DNA from: an uncultured Muribaculaceae bacterium | GTDB taxonomy: Bacteria > Cyanobacteriota > Vampirovibrionia > Gastranaerophilales > Gastranaerophilaceae | NCBI GenBank assembly: GCA_964452495.1 | Contig: CAYVMC010000008.1 | Span: 10,732-74,731, forward strand | DNA: 64,000 nucleotides | Reading direction: 5' to 3' | Part shown: in pieces, positions 10,350-21,300 of the stretch | Layout: every line of letters begins with the position of its first letter | Numbering within the stretch: the first letter of the stretch is position 1 | Notes under the pieces: model-generated | Databases searched by the model: none | The model's input: only the letters and a program-made list of their open reading frames with translations | What the model was told of the DNA's origin: nothing | Position numbers and translations under genes: made by a program

Positions 10350-10384
10350 CAAAAAACGGAGAAATAATATGTAACTTCTCCGTT
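10350..10384 (-). terminator. intrinsic terminator of the dapA-secDF operon
   Basis: Stem acggagaa/ttctccgt. On the minus strand the hairpin is followed by tttttt. Confidence 0.6.
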
Positions 10385-10406
10385 TTCAATAAAAAATAAA
10401 AAACAA

Positions 10407-11378
10407 TTATGCAGCCTGTTTTTTCTTAGTACCTTCTCGCCATATATCAACAAGTGATGCACAGAAGAATATACTTGAATAGGTTCCGATAATTATACCG
10501 AGCATCATAGCAAGTACAAAATCTCTTGTTGTAACTCCGCCGAACAGATATAATGCAAGGAGCGTAAGAACCGTTGTTAATGATGTATTTATACTTCTTG
10601 CAAGGGTTTGGTGAATAGAGAAGTTTACAATCTCGCCAAATGCCATCTTTTTAGAATAGTATTTAAGGTTTTCTCTAACTCTGTCAAATACAACAATCGT
10701 ATCGTGTACAGAGAAACCAATTACTGTAAGGAGTGCGGTTATAAATAATCCGTCAATCTGAACATCCCAGAATAACCCGAGTATTGAAAATACACCGAGA
10801 ATAAAAAGTACATCGTGTACAAGACCAAGAATTGCTGCAAGTGCATAATCAAATTGAAATCTTACTGTTAAATAACAGATAATTCCGAGCAGTGCAAGTG
10901 AAAGAGCAATAAGTGCATTTTTAAATAACTCGCTGCCAAGAGTTGCCCCGACAGATGAAACCTGTAATAGCTCTGCTGAGTTATATTCTTCGTTCATGAT
11001 TTTAGTAATATTATCAGTAACTTTTGACCCTTCTTCTATAAACTGTGTTCGGATAGATATAATAGATTTAAGTCCTTCTTTTTGATTGTCAGCAGAAACG
11101 TTAATAACCTGTAAATACGGGTTATCAATACCGCCGGCATGTAATTTTTCTCTCAATTCGCCGAGTTTTTCATTTGGTGTCGCACTGTCAATACCGTACT
11201 GTAACGTAGTACCTCCGGTATAATCAATACCTACTTTTAACGGTGTATGTGTAGGGTAAGTAATTGTAGAATAAATCATTGCTCCGATACCCGGTGCCAG
11301 CAGAATTGCTGACAGACACAAAAACCAAATTTTATTCTTAACTATATCTAATTTCATAATTTGTAACCTGCCCTTCAA
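10407..11378 (-). CDS. secF: protein translocase subunit SecF
   Basis: 323 aa with a six-TM SecF pattern (GIDYTGGT, HDTIVVFDRVREN). It directly abuts secD. Confidence 0.9.
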   Translation of the reverse strand: MKGRLQIMKLDIVKNKIWFLCLSAILLAPGIGAMIYSTITYPTHTPLKVGIDYTGGTTLQYGIDSATPNEKLGELREKLHAGGIDNPYLQVINVSADNQKEGLKSIISIRTQFIEEGSKVTDNITKIMNEEYNSAELLQVSSVGATLGSELFKNALIALSLALLGIICYLTVRFQFDYALAAILGLVHDVLFILGVFSILGLFWDVQIDGLFITALLTVIGFSVHDTIVVFDRVRENLKYYSKKMAFGEIVNFSIHQTLARSINTSLTTVLTLLALYLFGGVTTRDFVLAMMLGIIIGTYSSIFFCASLVDIWREGTKKKQAA

Positions 11379-12686
11379 TTAGTCCAAAATACCAAATTTT
11401 GCTTTTTCGCGTTTTGTTTCAGTAGCCTTATACGCATCACCAATATCAGATTTTTTAAGTCCGAACCATTCAGGATGTTTTAAATCACCTGTTCCAAAAA
11501 TTAAATGCATAAAGTTTCTTGTAACAGTTATAGCTGTAAACATTGAAACAGCAACACCGATAGCAAGAGTTAAAGCAAAACCCTTCACTATACTGGTTCC
11601 TAGCATATATAATATTACGCATGATATAATTGTTGTAACGTTTGAATCCCAAATACTTGTAAACGCTCTGTCAAAACCTGAATTTATTGCGGTAAACAAA
11701 GTTCTGCCGGCCTTTAATTCTTCTTTTGTTCTTTCAAATATCAGAATATTTGCATCTACAGCCATTCCGACACTGAGGATAAAACCTGCAATACCTGCAA
11801 GTGTAAGAGTTACAGGGATAATTTTAAACAGAGCAAATAAAATAACGCCATATATACATAAGGCAACATTTGCAATCAGTCCGGGCAGCCTGTAATATGC
11901 AGCCATAAATAACATTACAAGTCCGATTCCTATAATTCCTGCAAGTTTTGAACGTGCAATACTATCAGCACCTAGAGTAGGTCCGACAGTATTTTCTTCA
12001 ATAATTTTAGCTGGTACAGGAAGTGCTCCGGCATTTAAAAGGTCAACCATTTGTTTTGCTTCTTCATAAGCAAATCCTCCATTGCCGCCGGTTATTTGTG
12101 CATGACCGCCTGTAATCGGTTCATTTACGTTCGGTGCTGATTGGAGTTCCCCATTAAAGAATATTGCCATTTGTTTACCAACAAGTTCTCTTGTTAAATC
12201 AGCAAACTTTTTAGCTCCTTCATTATTAAAGTCTAATGATACAACCCACTCCCCGTTATTCGGGTTGCTGCTTACCATTGCTTTATTTAAGTCTTTTCCT
12301 GTTAAGCCGGTTGATACCCAGTCAAGTTGTCCGTCAACCATTGCAAGCTTTTTGAATTCTAATTCAGCAGTTTCTCCGATAAATTGTTTGGCTTTATCCA
12401 AATCAGTTACATCAGGGATTTCTACAACAAGTCTTTTATCTCCCTGTCTCTGTACAACGGTTTCTGCAACCCCGAGTTTGTTAACCCTGTTTTCAATTGC
12501 AAACTGCAAACTATTCATCATATCTTGTGTAATAACAGGCATTGTTTGTGTTGTTTGTGCTTCTAATACAAGCCTTGAGCCGCCGACCAAGTCCAAACCT
12601 AGTTTAGTCGGTTTGGTTATAATAAAGTATATTGCGGCAATTACTACCAACACAATAAACCAAAACAATTTAACTTTATTTTTCAT
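11379..12686 (-). CDS. secD: protein translocase subunit SecD
   Basis: 435 aa with LGLDLVGGSRLVLEA, a periplasmic domain, and a C-terminal TM bundle containing DANILIFERTKEE. Confidence 0.9.
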   Translation of the reverse strand: MKNKVKLFWFIVLVVIAAIYFIITKPTKLGLDLVGGSRLVLEAQTTQTMPVITQDMMNSLQFAIENRVNKLGVAETVVQRQGDKRLVVEIPDVTDLDKAKQFIGETAELEFKKLAMVDGQLDWVSTGLTGKDLNKAMVSSNPNNGEWVVSLDFNNEGAKKFADLTRELVGKQMAIFFNGELQSAPNVNEPITGGHAQITGGNGGFAYEEAKQMVDLLNAGALPVPAKIIEENTVGPTLGADSIARSKLAGIIGIGLVMLFMAAYYRLPGLIANVALCIYGVILFALFKIIPVTLTLAGIAGFILSVGMAVDANILIFERTKEELKAGRTLFTAINSGFDRAFTSIWDSNVTTIISCVILYMLGTSIVKGFALTLAIGVAVSMFTAITVTRNFMHLIFGTGDLKHPEWFGLKKSDIGDAYKATETKREKAKFGILD

Positions 12687-12751
12687 TTCTTATACTCCTC
12701 AATGGAATTTTATCAAAAACATTTTTAATTTAATAGTACAGTTGAATATAT

Positions 12752-13639
12752 TTATACGGTAATAGAATTATATACGGATATGAGCTGTTCTTTTTCGTTA
12801 TCATCAAGTGTTACCAGCGGAAGCCTTACCGAGTCCTTAATTAAACCTTTATATGCAAGAAGTGTTTTTACTGGAGTTGGATTTGGTGCAAAAAATAATT
12901 TTTTAAATATAGGGAACAGTGCGGCATGCATATTTTTAGCTGCAACAATTTCACCGGTTTTAAAGTTTCTAATCATTGATTTAATTTCTTTTCCGAACAG
13001 ATGTGAAGCGACAGAAATTACACCGTCTGCACCTATAGAGATCATAGGCAAGGTAAGACTGTCATCTCCGCTGAATATAACAAAATCTTTGGGACATTTT
13101 ATTTTCATTTCTGAAATCAAATCCATATCAGGACAGCTTTGTTTTATTGCAACAATGTTTTCAAACTCGTATGCAAGTTTTGCAACAGTATCAGGAAGCA
13201 TATTTACACCTGTACGTGAAGGTATGTTGTATATAATAACAGGTAATTCTGTAGCATTGGTAACAGCTGCAAAATGGGCATACATGCCTGATTGTGACGG
13301 TTTGTTGTAATAAGGAACTACAGTGAGTATTGCATCTGCCAGTTCTTCTTTAGCTACCGTTTTTATGAATTCTATAGTTTCTCCAGTAGAATTGGAGCCT
13401 GCTCCCATAATAACTTTTGCTTTATCGTTGACTGCACGCTTTACGCTTGATAAGATTTCAAGCTTTTCAGAGTTTAATAGTGTAGGGGATTCTCCGGTTG
13501 TTCCGCAAACAAGAATAGCATCGCTGCCATTGTCTGTAAGATATGATGCCAGTACTTCAACTTTCTCATAATCAATGTTCCCCTTTTCATCCATTGGGGT
13601 TACCATTGCGGATATGACTTCTCCTAAATTACACCTCAT
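12752..13639 (-). CDS. dapA: 4-hydroxy-tetrahydrodipicolinate synthase
   Basis: Motifs GTTGESPTL, YNIPSRTG and the Schiff-base Lys context VAIKQS. The GGGAGG SD sits 1 nt before the track ATG (13648) but 10 nt before the in-frame ATG at 13639, so I prefer the latter. Confidence 0.9.
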   Translation of the reverse strand: MRCNLGEVISAMVTPMDEKGNIDYEKVEVLASYLTDNGSDAILVCGTTGESPTLLNSEKLEILSSVKRAVNDKAKVIMGAGSNSTGETIEFIKTVAKEELADAILTVVPYYNKPSQSGMYAHFAAVTNATELPVIIYNIPSRTGVNMLPDTVAKLAYEFENIVAIKQSCPDMDLISEMKIKCPKDFVIFSGDDSLTLPMISIGADGVISVASHLFGKEIKSMIRNFKTGEIVAAKNMHAALFPIFKKLFFAPNPTPVKTLLAYKGLIKDSVRLPLVTLDDNEKEQLISVYNSITV

Positions 13640-13852
13640 TTTTATCATGCCTCCCTGATAGAATTCTTGAGTTCAATTATAAAACAAATTACATCATTAA
13701 TTAACATTGATGTAAACTTTTGTAACGTTTTTATAACAAAATGAAATTGTGAATCTTATTATAGACTTTATATTTATGTAAAACGAAACACAATAACACG
13801 TCAGATAAAGAGGAGATAACACGAGGACTATATCAGATAACACGAGGAGACA

Positions 13853-14626
13853 CTAATTAACAAGGCTCAGGTGAGAACATCTGGGTCTTTTTAATACAGA
13901 AATTTTGTTAATTCTTGCTCTTACAAACTCTGCAACATCAGCCTGTGGTTTTATATTTAAAAACTTTGTATAATAACGCTTTGCATCTTTAAACATTCCC
14001 ATTTTGTCAAAACAAAGGGCTATTCCAAAATATGCTTTATAAAAATTTGGATTAATTTTTATAACCTGAGAAAAAGTATTGGTTGCTTCTTGATACTGAT
14101 CTATACTCATTTCCAGAGTTCCTTTATTAATATAAGCATTCAGATACTCTGGATGGTGTTCAATTATGTTATCGTAAATTAAAAAGGCCATACTATATTC
14201 TTCAAGTTCTTCATGTGTAAGTGCCAACCAGGTTTGAGCATCAAGATTATCAGGTGAAAGCTTTATTGCTGACATAAAATTTTTAAGTGCTTCGTCATAT
14301 TTTTCCATCGCAAAATTACACATTCCCAATTCCAAGAACAATTCATATGAAGGTTCTAAATTGTTTGCATTTGTATAATAGTTTACGGCTTTTGTATAGT
14401 TGCCTACAGCCTTATACGAATGAGCAATGCCTATATAAGCATCAATATTGTTCCTGTCTTTCATTATTGCTTGGAGGTATTGAGGAATAGATTCTTTATG
14501 TTTATTGGCAAACCGCAGATAATCACCGCTTACACAAAAACGATAAGATATACTATCATACTTAGCAGGTCTAATTGAATTGATTACTTTATCTAAATTA
14601 GAATTGGAAATTACTTCAATCTCCAC
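13853..14626 (-). CDS. tetratricopeptide-repeat protein
   Basis: 257 aa with several 34-residue TPR units (A-x-x-Y-x-x-A...P pattern, for example NYTKAVNYYTNANNLEP and KDAKRYYTKFLNIKP). Confidence 0.75.
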   Translation of the reverse strand: MEIEVISNSNLDKVINSIRPAKYDSISYRFCVSGDYLRFANKHKESIPQYLQAIMKDRNNIDAYIGIAHSYKAVGNYTKAVNYYTNANNLEPSYELFLELGMCNFAMEKYDEALKNFMSAIKLSPDNLDAQTWLALTHEELEEYSMAFLIYDNIIEHHPEYLNAYINKGTLEMSIDQYQEATNTFSQVIKINPNFYKAYFGIALCFDKMGMFKDAKRYYTKFLNIKPQADVAEFVRARINKISVLKRPRCSHLSLVN

Positions 14627-14859
14627 TATATCCCCCTTCCTTGATTTATTTTATTATTTACCGTACGTTGTAATAACCTCCAAAGGGTGGATTTTTTAAT
14701 CAATCCTTTGGTGTATTTTATTTTGCTTATATTTGGGGACTAATTCATATTCACGCGATTTTCTATAATATCTTAGGGTTATAATTAATTGTTTACATTT
14801 TTTTACATCTTAAAATGTAGAGATTAGATTTTTGAGTTTTTACATGATATAAAATTATT

Positions 14860-15669
14860 ATGAAAAAACGGGCTTTTGCAATAATATTACTATTTTTAAC
14901 TTCATTTAATATTGTGTACGGAGAAGGAGTTGTTCTACAGGTTGAGCATAAAGAGAAGGTAAATGTAGATAAAACTCCTAAAACAATATCCGGATCGATG
15001 CTTATTAAAGACGATGCAACCCTTCAAATGCTTATTGATACACAACGGAAAAAAGATTTGGCAGATTTAGAAATATTATGGCAGGGAACAGTTGCAAATA
15101 ATCAGGTTATTGAATTCGCAATAAAAAAACTGGCAAGCCCTGACAGCCAAAAAAGAATACATTCGTCTTTTATGGCAAAAACTTTGTCTGCGGTAGTTTC
15201 AGGAGCATCTTTTGTTCCGTATGTTATGGGTGAAAATCCAACTGTTCAGACAGCGGCATTTTCTGCCGGTCGAATTGCACAATCACTCCTTAATAAGAAG
15301 AATGTTCCTCAGGAAACACCTTTGACAGATACAGAATTAATACAGTTGGCTAGCCTTGTTGAAGAGTTGCAGGATAAAATTATCGCATCATACTATAATT
15401 ATAAAAATACTCTTAATCAGTTAAAAACCACCCGTTCCAAGATGATTTTATACAGTAAAAATTATTCTAAAGCAATTGCGAGTAAGGATATATTAGATAT
15501 TTCTTTGTCTTCTTCACTCTATGACAATATGTACATAGAGGAATATAAACTTGAACAGGCTGCAAAGAAGTATCACACGGAATTGCAGCGGCTGGCTGGA
15601 AAAACAGCAGTTGATAAACTGGAATTGTATCAGTATGATTTTAATTCGGCATTGTTTAAAGGAAATTAA
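14860..15669 (+). CDS. secreted hypothetical protein, paralogue A of a tandem pair
   Basis: It has a Sec-type signal peptide MKKRAFAIILLFLTSFNIVYG. It shares three colinear blocks with the next gene, including DLEILWQGTVANN..KKLASPD. Confidence 0.65.
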   Translation: MKKRAFAIILLFLTSFNIVYGEGVVLQVEHKEKVNVDKTPKTISGSMLIKDDATLQMLIDTQRKKDLADLEILWQGTVANNQVIEFAIKKLASPDSQKRIHSSFMAKTLSAVVSGASFVPYVMGENPTVQTAAFSAGRIAQSLLNKKNVPQETPLTDTELIQLASLVEELQDKIIASYYNYKNTLNQLKTTRSKMILYSKNYSKAIASKDILDISLSSSLYDNMYIEEYKLEQAAKKYHTELQRLAGKTAVDKLELYQYDFNSALFKGN

Positions 15670-15671
15670 AA

Positions 15672-16649
15672 ATGTTTAAAAGGTTTATATTACTGGGTGT
15701 AATTCTTTTTGTAAGTGCCGCTTCATTTGCGTCAGAGTATGTTGATTTGAATACTCTTCACCAGCCGGCATACAGGGTAGGTACGACTGATACTCCTGAA
15801 ATTAAGGTAGACTATGAAGTTAAAATTAATACAACTGTAGCAAAAGAAGAAAAGGATATTAATACTCCAGGTATTACTTATGCTGATCTTAGTGTCAAAC
15901 GTATGTCACGTGAGTTTGCTCAGGCAATTGATGGTGATTATGATACAATGATGACCGATTTGTCAATCCTGTGGCAGGGGGCGGCAACAAGAAGTGATAC
16001 TGTAAAATATGCGCTCTATAAATTATCCAATCCCGATAAAGATAAGCCTACAAATGCTGCTGTTAAAAATGTATTACAAACTATTGCGGGGATGTCCACG
16101 CTTGTTGGTGCAGGAACAGGAAATGCCTTGTTGTCTTGTACGTCGCTAATTGGGGGTAATACTCTTGGCATTATGTCTCAGGACTCAAAAGCTCTTAACT
16201 ACAAGTATACAAAAGTCGGAGATGCAGATATGATTATACTTGTAAGGAAAATTGATGAATTACAGCAAAAAATTGTAGATGTGTATTATGACTATCTTAC
16301 GACAAGAAAAATATATGATCTTACGAGTCGTATGGTTCAGCAGCGTTACATAAATTATAAGGCAGCGCAAGATGCTCCTAAAGAGGTTTTGCTTGTAACG
16401 GATGCGTTTTATAGAGAAGCTATAGATCAACAGATGAAGGCACGGGGAGATTTCTATGAAAAACGTTCTATGATGGAACAGCTTGTAGGGCATGATACAT
16501 TTGTAGATTTTGAAAAAATGATAAACCAGCGTCTTGGTGAACAGGATGAAACTATATATCCGGTAAATCAAACAGAATTTCAAAAATATGTGGAAGAAGA
16601 TATTGCAGATGAACCAGAAAATACAGTTAATGAGGGGAATTCTAATTAG
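15672..16649 (+). CDS. secreted hypothetical protein, paralogue B of a tandem pair
   Basis: Signal peptide MFKRFILLGVILFVSAASFA and an AAAGGA SD. It has DLSILWQGAATRS..YKLSNPD and IDELQQKIVDVYYDY blocks paralogous to the upstream gene, with a 2-nt intergenic gap. Confidence 0.65.
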   Translation: MFKRFILLGVILFVSAASFASEYVDLNTLHQPAYRVGTTDTPEIKVDYEVKINTTVAKEEKDINTPGITYADLSVKRMSREFAQAIDGDYDTMMTDLSILWQGAATRSDTVKYALYKLSNPDKDKPTNAAVKNVLQTIAGMSTLVGAGTGNALLSCTSLIGGNTLGIMSQDSKALNYKYTKVGDADMIILVRKIDELQQKIVDVYYDYLTTRKIYDLTSRMVQQRYINYKAAQDAPKEVLLVTDAFYREAIDQQMKARGDFYEKRSMMEQLVGHDTFVDFEKMINQRLGEQDETIYPVNQTEFQKYVEEDIADEPENTVNEGNSN

Positions 16650-18280
16650 TTATTGGCGGCAAGTTCCTGTACTTTTTGGGTAACATCTGATACTACGCTG
16701 GTCCAATCGCTAGGTGTTTTTTGTGTAAAGAGTTCTGCACTGTCATACCACGGGGTTGTATTTTTTTCTGCGCCGAACCATCTCCAGTCAGAGGTGTAAG
16801 GCAGCATAATAAGAACTTTTTTACCCATGGCTCCAGCAAGATGTGCAACAGAAGTATCAATGGTTACTACCAAATCCAGATTATTGATTGCATGGGCGGT
16901 AGATAAAAAATTTTCAAAACCGGAACCCAAATCAATTAGTGAGGGGTACATTTCACAGGCATTCATAGCAGGATTAACCTGTAGAGAATAAAAGTTAACA
17001 TTTTTAATTGTGAGCAATTTATCAAGGAACTTTGGGTTCATTGTTCTGTCAAGCGGGCCGCGCAGGCCGGTACCGCCGGCTTCCCATACAATACCAACAC
17101 TAAATTTGGACTTGTCAATATTACTATAGGAAGAATCTTTAACCTTTAAATATCCTTCGCTCATAGGAATGCCGTCCTTAAAGTCCAGATCTAAATAATA
17201 GGGTACAAAGGTCATCATTACTGATTTATCATATTTTACAGGTTCATCAACCGAAACTACTTGATAAAATGCTGATTTAAAAATTTCGCGGTATAGAGGA
17301 ACAAGGGTATCTGGCAGGGCAAGAATTACTTTTTTAAATTTGTTACGGAGGTATGGTATATATCTTGAATACATGATTATATCGCCAATTCCCTGATCTC
17401 CGTAGACGTATAAAACATCATTTATGTAATCTCCCCCCTCCCATAGTTTTTTTAGTTCTGTTCCTTTGCCAAAATGTAGAATTGATTTTTTTAAATAGTG
17501 GTATGATTTTTGAAACTCTTGTTTCCTTGCGTATAAGATATAGAGTGTTGTATTTAATGTTGGAGAGTCTGGCTCAAGTTTATTGGCATCAAGCAGACAT
17601 TTTTCTGCTTCAGGAAAGTTTTTAAGTGCTGAATACATCAAACTCATATTATATAAAGCAGATATAGATGGTAATAATTCGTATGCTTTTTTATAGCATT
17701 CCAGAGCAAGCTGATAGTTTGAATATAAAACCTCCTGCACAAGTCCTGCACTAATGTATAAAACAGGCGAGTTTGGATTTTGTTCAAGTTTTTGAGCACA
17801 GTAACTTTCTGCTTCTTCAAAATGTCCTGCACACAGGGCTGCAAGGATATAAGAATCCCAGGTTTTCGGTGAATCAGGGTATAATTCTTTCATTTTTTTT
17901 GCATATCCGAACATAACTTCCGGTTGATTTGTTCTTTCACATCCGCAGGTAATGAGTTTTTCAAGAATATCCAATGAAGGTTTTTCATCTGCTGCAATCC
18001 TCAAGTATTTATAAGCAGCCCTATAATTATTTAAGTGGTAAAATGCAAGACCCAATCCGGTAATAACATTAATATCTTTAGTTGTGCGGTTTACTTTTTC
18101 AAATACCTCAACAGCATCTTTATATCTGGCAATCGAAATGTATAACCATCCCAAAAAGGGAAGTATACGTATATCATCGGGATATTTGGCAAGGAGTTCA
18201 AGATATATTTTTTCCGCCTGCCCTGTTTTTCCTTGTTTTGCTAGATTAAGCGCTATGTTAATAGAATCTAAAATATTCAT
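16646..18280 (-). CDS. TPR-repeat protein with C-terminal glycosyltransferase family 9 (heptosyltransferase-like) domain
   Basis: 544 aa. The N-terminal half is TPR units. The C-terminal part has DLVVTIDTSVAHLAGAMGKKVLIMLPYTSDWRWF, typical of GT9-type domains. Confidence 0.75.
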   Translation of the reverse strand: MNILDSINIALNLAKQGKTGQAEKIYLELLAKYPDDIRILPFLGWLYISIARYKDAVEVFEKVNRTTKDINVITGLGLAFYHLNNYRAAYKYLRIAADEKPSLDILEKLITCGCERTNQPEVMFGYAKKMKELYPDSPKTWDSYILAALCAGHFEEAESYCAQKLEQNPNSPVLYISAGLVQEVLYSNYQLALECYKKAYELLPSISALYNMSLMYSALKNFPEAEKCLLDANKLEPDSPTLNTTLYILYARKQEFQKSYHYLKKSILHFGKGTELKKLWEGGDYINDVLYVYGDQGIGDIIMYSRYIPYLRNKFKKVILALPDTLVPLYREIFKSAFYQVVSVDEPVKYDKSVMMTFVPYYLDLDFKDGIPMSEGYLKVKDSSYSNIDKSKFSVGIVWEAGGTGLRGPLDRTMNPKFLDKLLTIKNVNFYSLQVNPAMNACEMYPSLIDLGSGFENFLSTAHAINNLDLVVTIDTSVAHLAGAMGKKVLIMLPYTSDWRWFGAEKNTTPWYDSAELFTQKTPSDWTSVVSDVTQKVQELAANN

Positions 18281-18353
18281 GTACTCATGTTACTACTTTT
18301 TATGATTAAGAACAAGATTTATATGTAAATTGAAATTGTGCTATAATTTAAGA

Positions 18354-21300
18354 ATGCTTTGTCCAAAATGTAAAAAACAGATAGATGATAAATCAACAGT
18401 TTGTCCGCACTGTAAAAAAGTGCTTGTTCTTGAGTGCCCGCGATGTGGAAATCATTCGGAAACAAATACATGCTCAAACTGCGGATACATAATACTTAGT
18501 AAATGTACTAATTGCGGAACTTTAAACAGGACAGATAAAAAAGTTTGTATAAAATGCGGAGAGTCAACGCTTGTCAGTGCGGCAAAAAGGTTGACCGAAA
18601 ATGAAAGATTTTCTGCACTGACTCTTAACTGTAGTAATATTGCAAAATTGACAAGAACATTGGGCAGTAAAAAACTTGTAACAAAATTTCTATATAAGCT
18701 TAAAAATTTGCTCTTAGGGCTTGCAAAGGAAGAAAAAGCCTATTTTGTTATGTATACTGATAATATATTTATATTGAATTTTGCAAGTGAAGTGTCAGAG
18801 TATACATCAGCTCAAAAAGCAATGAAAACCGCAATAAAACTTTTAAATATTCTTTGTAATCTTAACCGGACACTGAAAAAAGAACTGATGTTTACTCTGG
18901 AAGCAAGAATTACGGTAGAAGAAAAAGATTTGAAAACGTTTTTTGATATAAATGAGGATACTGAAAAAGTTAAATTGCTTGATCTTTATACGGAACAGAG
19001 CAGTGAAGCAAAAGGGCTTCAAATTACGGTTGACCAGTACATATATAAATATTTACGTAAAGAATACAAAATGGACTCTTTATATTCTGCCGAAAGAGAA
19101 GGAAATATAATTGCATACTATTCTTTAAATACTGAAGATTATATAATTCCGGATAAAGAAGATAATGATGCCGAAGCCGAGCTAAAATCCCCTGCTGTTA
19201 AGATTGTTACCAAAAAAGAACTTGATTTTGAACAGGAGCTTTATAAGAAAAACATTGAAGGAATAAAAGTTAATTGTAAATTTGAACAAATGGGTGCAGA
19301 GAAAATTTATGAGTACCTTAAAAATGTAAATTTTCAGCAAGGCAACAGGATTATTTCGCTTCGAGGAGATGCAGAGAGGGATCTGCCGACTTCTATGGTT
19401 GAAAAAATTATAAAAGAGAAAGCTCCCTGTTACACTATTATATGTACAGAAAACCTTTCGATGGAGCCATGGGGATTTTTCACGGCACTGGTTAATGAAA
19501 TATACTACAACAGTCATAATAAGCAATCTATCGGAACCAAAGGAGATAAGATGCAGGAAGCTCTTATCCGTTTATCACCGCCCGGGTTTGCCGATGCAGA
19601 AAGCGCAAGGCTTGCGTATATAGAAACATTTTTGCAGCTGCTTACCTCGCTGCCCCAATCAGTTATATATATAGAAAATTTTGAATATATTGATTTAGCC
19701 TCGCTTCGGGTTCTTGAAGAGGTTTTTAGTAAAATTAATAGAACAAAGTTGTCTTTTGTCATTACTAATTGCAAGGGATATGCACTGCAAAAATTTATGC
19801 CTGAACTTCTAAAATCTTACTATTATACGGAAGTATTTATAGGGCAGATGAATATAGAAGAAGCAATAGCACAACTGGTAGATTCAGAGGATTTTAAAAG
19901 TACTTATTATTACAAAAAAATTATTGATAATGCAGGAGCTTCTTACCTCTATTGTGTTAATGCAATAAATTATTTAAAAGATAGCGGTATTATAATTACT
20001 TTTAACGATAAAACGGTTGTAACTGATTCAAAGACCGTAATTCTGCCTTTTGATTTGGAGCATTTAATCAATACCCGCTTAAAAAGAATATCAAAAGATA
20101 CCGCAAAATCTCTAATTCTTGCGTATTCTTATATTCTTGGACCGGTTATTGAATATTCAATCCTTGATAAACTTGGTTTAAATAATGCAGATGTTATAAG
20201 GGAACTTGAAAACAGCGGTTTTATTTCTGCTTCAGACAGCCGGATTTATATACAAAACTATGAAATTTTAAGCAAAAGTTTTAAAACTACTCTAAAACCC
20301 GAAGTCCTTAAATATCTTTCAACAAATCTGATTGGCAAAGTCTTTGGAAATAATAGTATTAATTATCGTGCAATAATTTCTCTGGACTGTTTGAATAATT
20401 ATTCTCTGGCTTTTTCAAAATTGTACGAACTTTCTATTACCACCTTACAATTTGGGGATTATGATGCATATTTGAAAATGTGTATTAAACTTCTTAAACT
20501 TTTAAAAGATTTAGAAAAGGATATACCGGAAGAAGAGCTTGCAGAATATCAGTCAGATTTTTATAATAACCTGACCCAATTATTATACAGATATGCTCCG
20601 GAAAGAATTTATCCTATTGCTGAAAACCTGCTTCAAAAAGCGGTTAAGTCAAATGATGATGAGAAAATCGTTACACTTTCAAATATGATGCTGCAGGGCG
20701 GGTTATTAACATCAAACTATACAAATACAGTCACCCTTTTGCAGAATATACTTGAAAGACTTGATAATTCTGCTCTCGCTGATAAATCAGGCAATGTTAA
20801 TTACAAAGTGTTTTCACTATCTCTTGTTAGTCTGGAAATTTATTTTTATCTGGGGCTTTATGATAAATGTATTACTGTCAGCAATGATATTCTAGAGGTG
20901 TTGACCCCTGAAAAAATTATAAAACTCAAGCCGGAAGGCTTTTCTGAAGAACAGTTTTTTGCCCATATTCTGGATAGTTTTGTCTATTATTTAATATCGC
21001 TTGTACTTACCGGAGAGAGCAATATTGATAAAAATATTGCCAGGATTAAAACAGCGGTAGGGAAAGTTCCTGCTTCAGTGCCTGTTTTTGAAGTTATGCG
21101 TAATTTATTATGCGGAGAAACACAGGTTGAGGTTATACCTCAAAATACAGATGACGAATGCTATACTTTGTTATCAAAGCTAGTAAATTCATTTATCGGA
21201 TTTAATGGTGATTACGGGGTATTTGCTGCAAATATTTATGATTACAAACGGACAGCATCAGAGCAGTCCAAAACACCTTATATTTTGCTCGGGGATTTGC

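Noticed and set aside
12265-13310. 165-aa and 176-aa plus-strand ORFs
   Set aside because: They are antisense shadows of secD and dapA, whose identities are secure. No independent signals support them.
13649-13852. Lysine (L-box) riboswitch upstream of dapA
   Set aside because: The region is very AT-rich and lacks the conserved G-rich L-box helices and the AGAGGCGC-type core that I would expect to recognise.
14860-16649. Tandem secreted paralogues as split TolC-like outer-membrane factors
   Set aside because: There is only a vague resemblance of helical heptad-like segments. I could not align the characteristic OEP repeats, so the idea is not supported.
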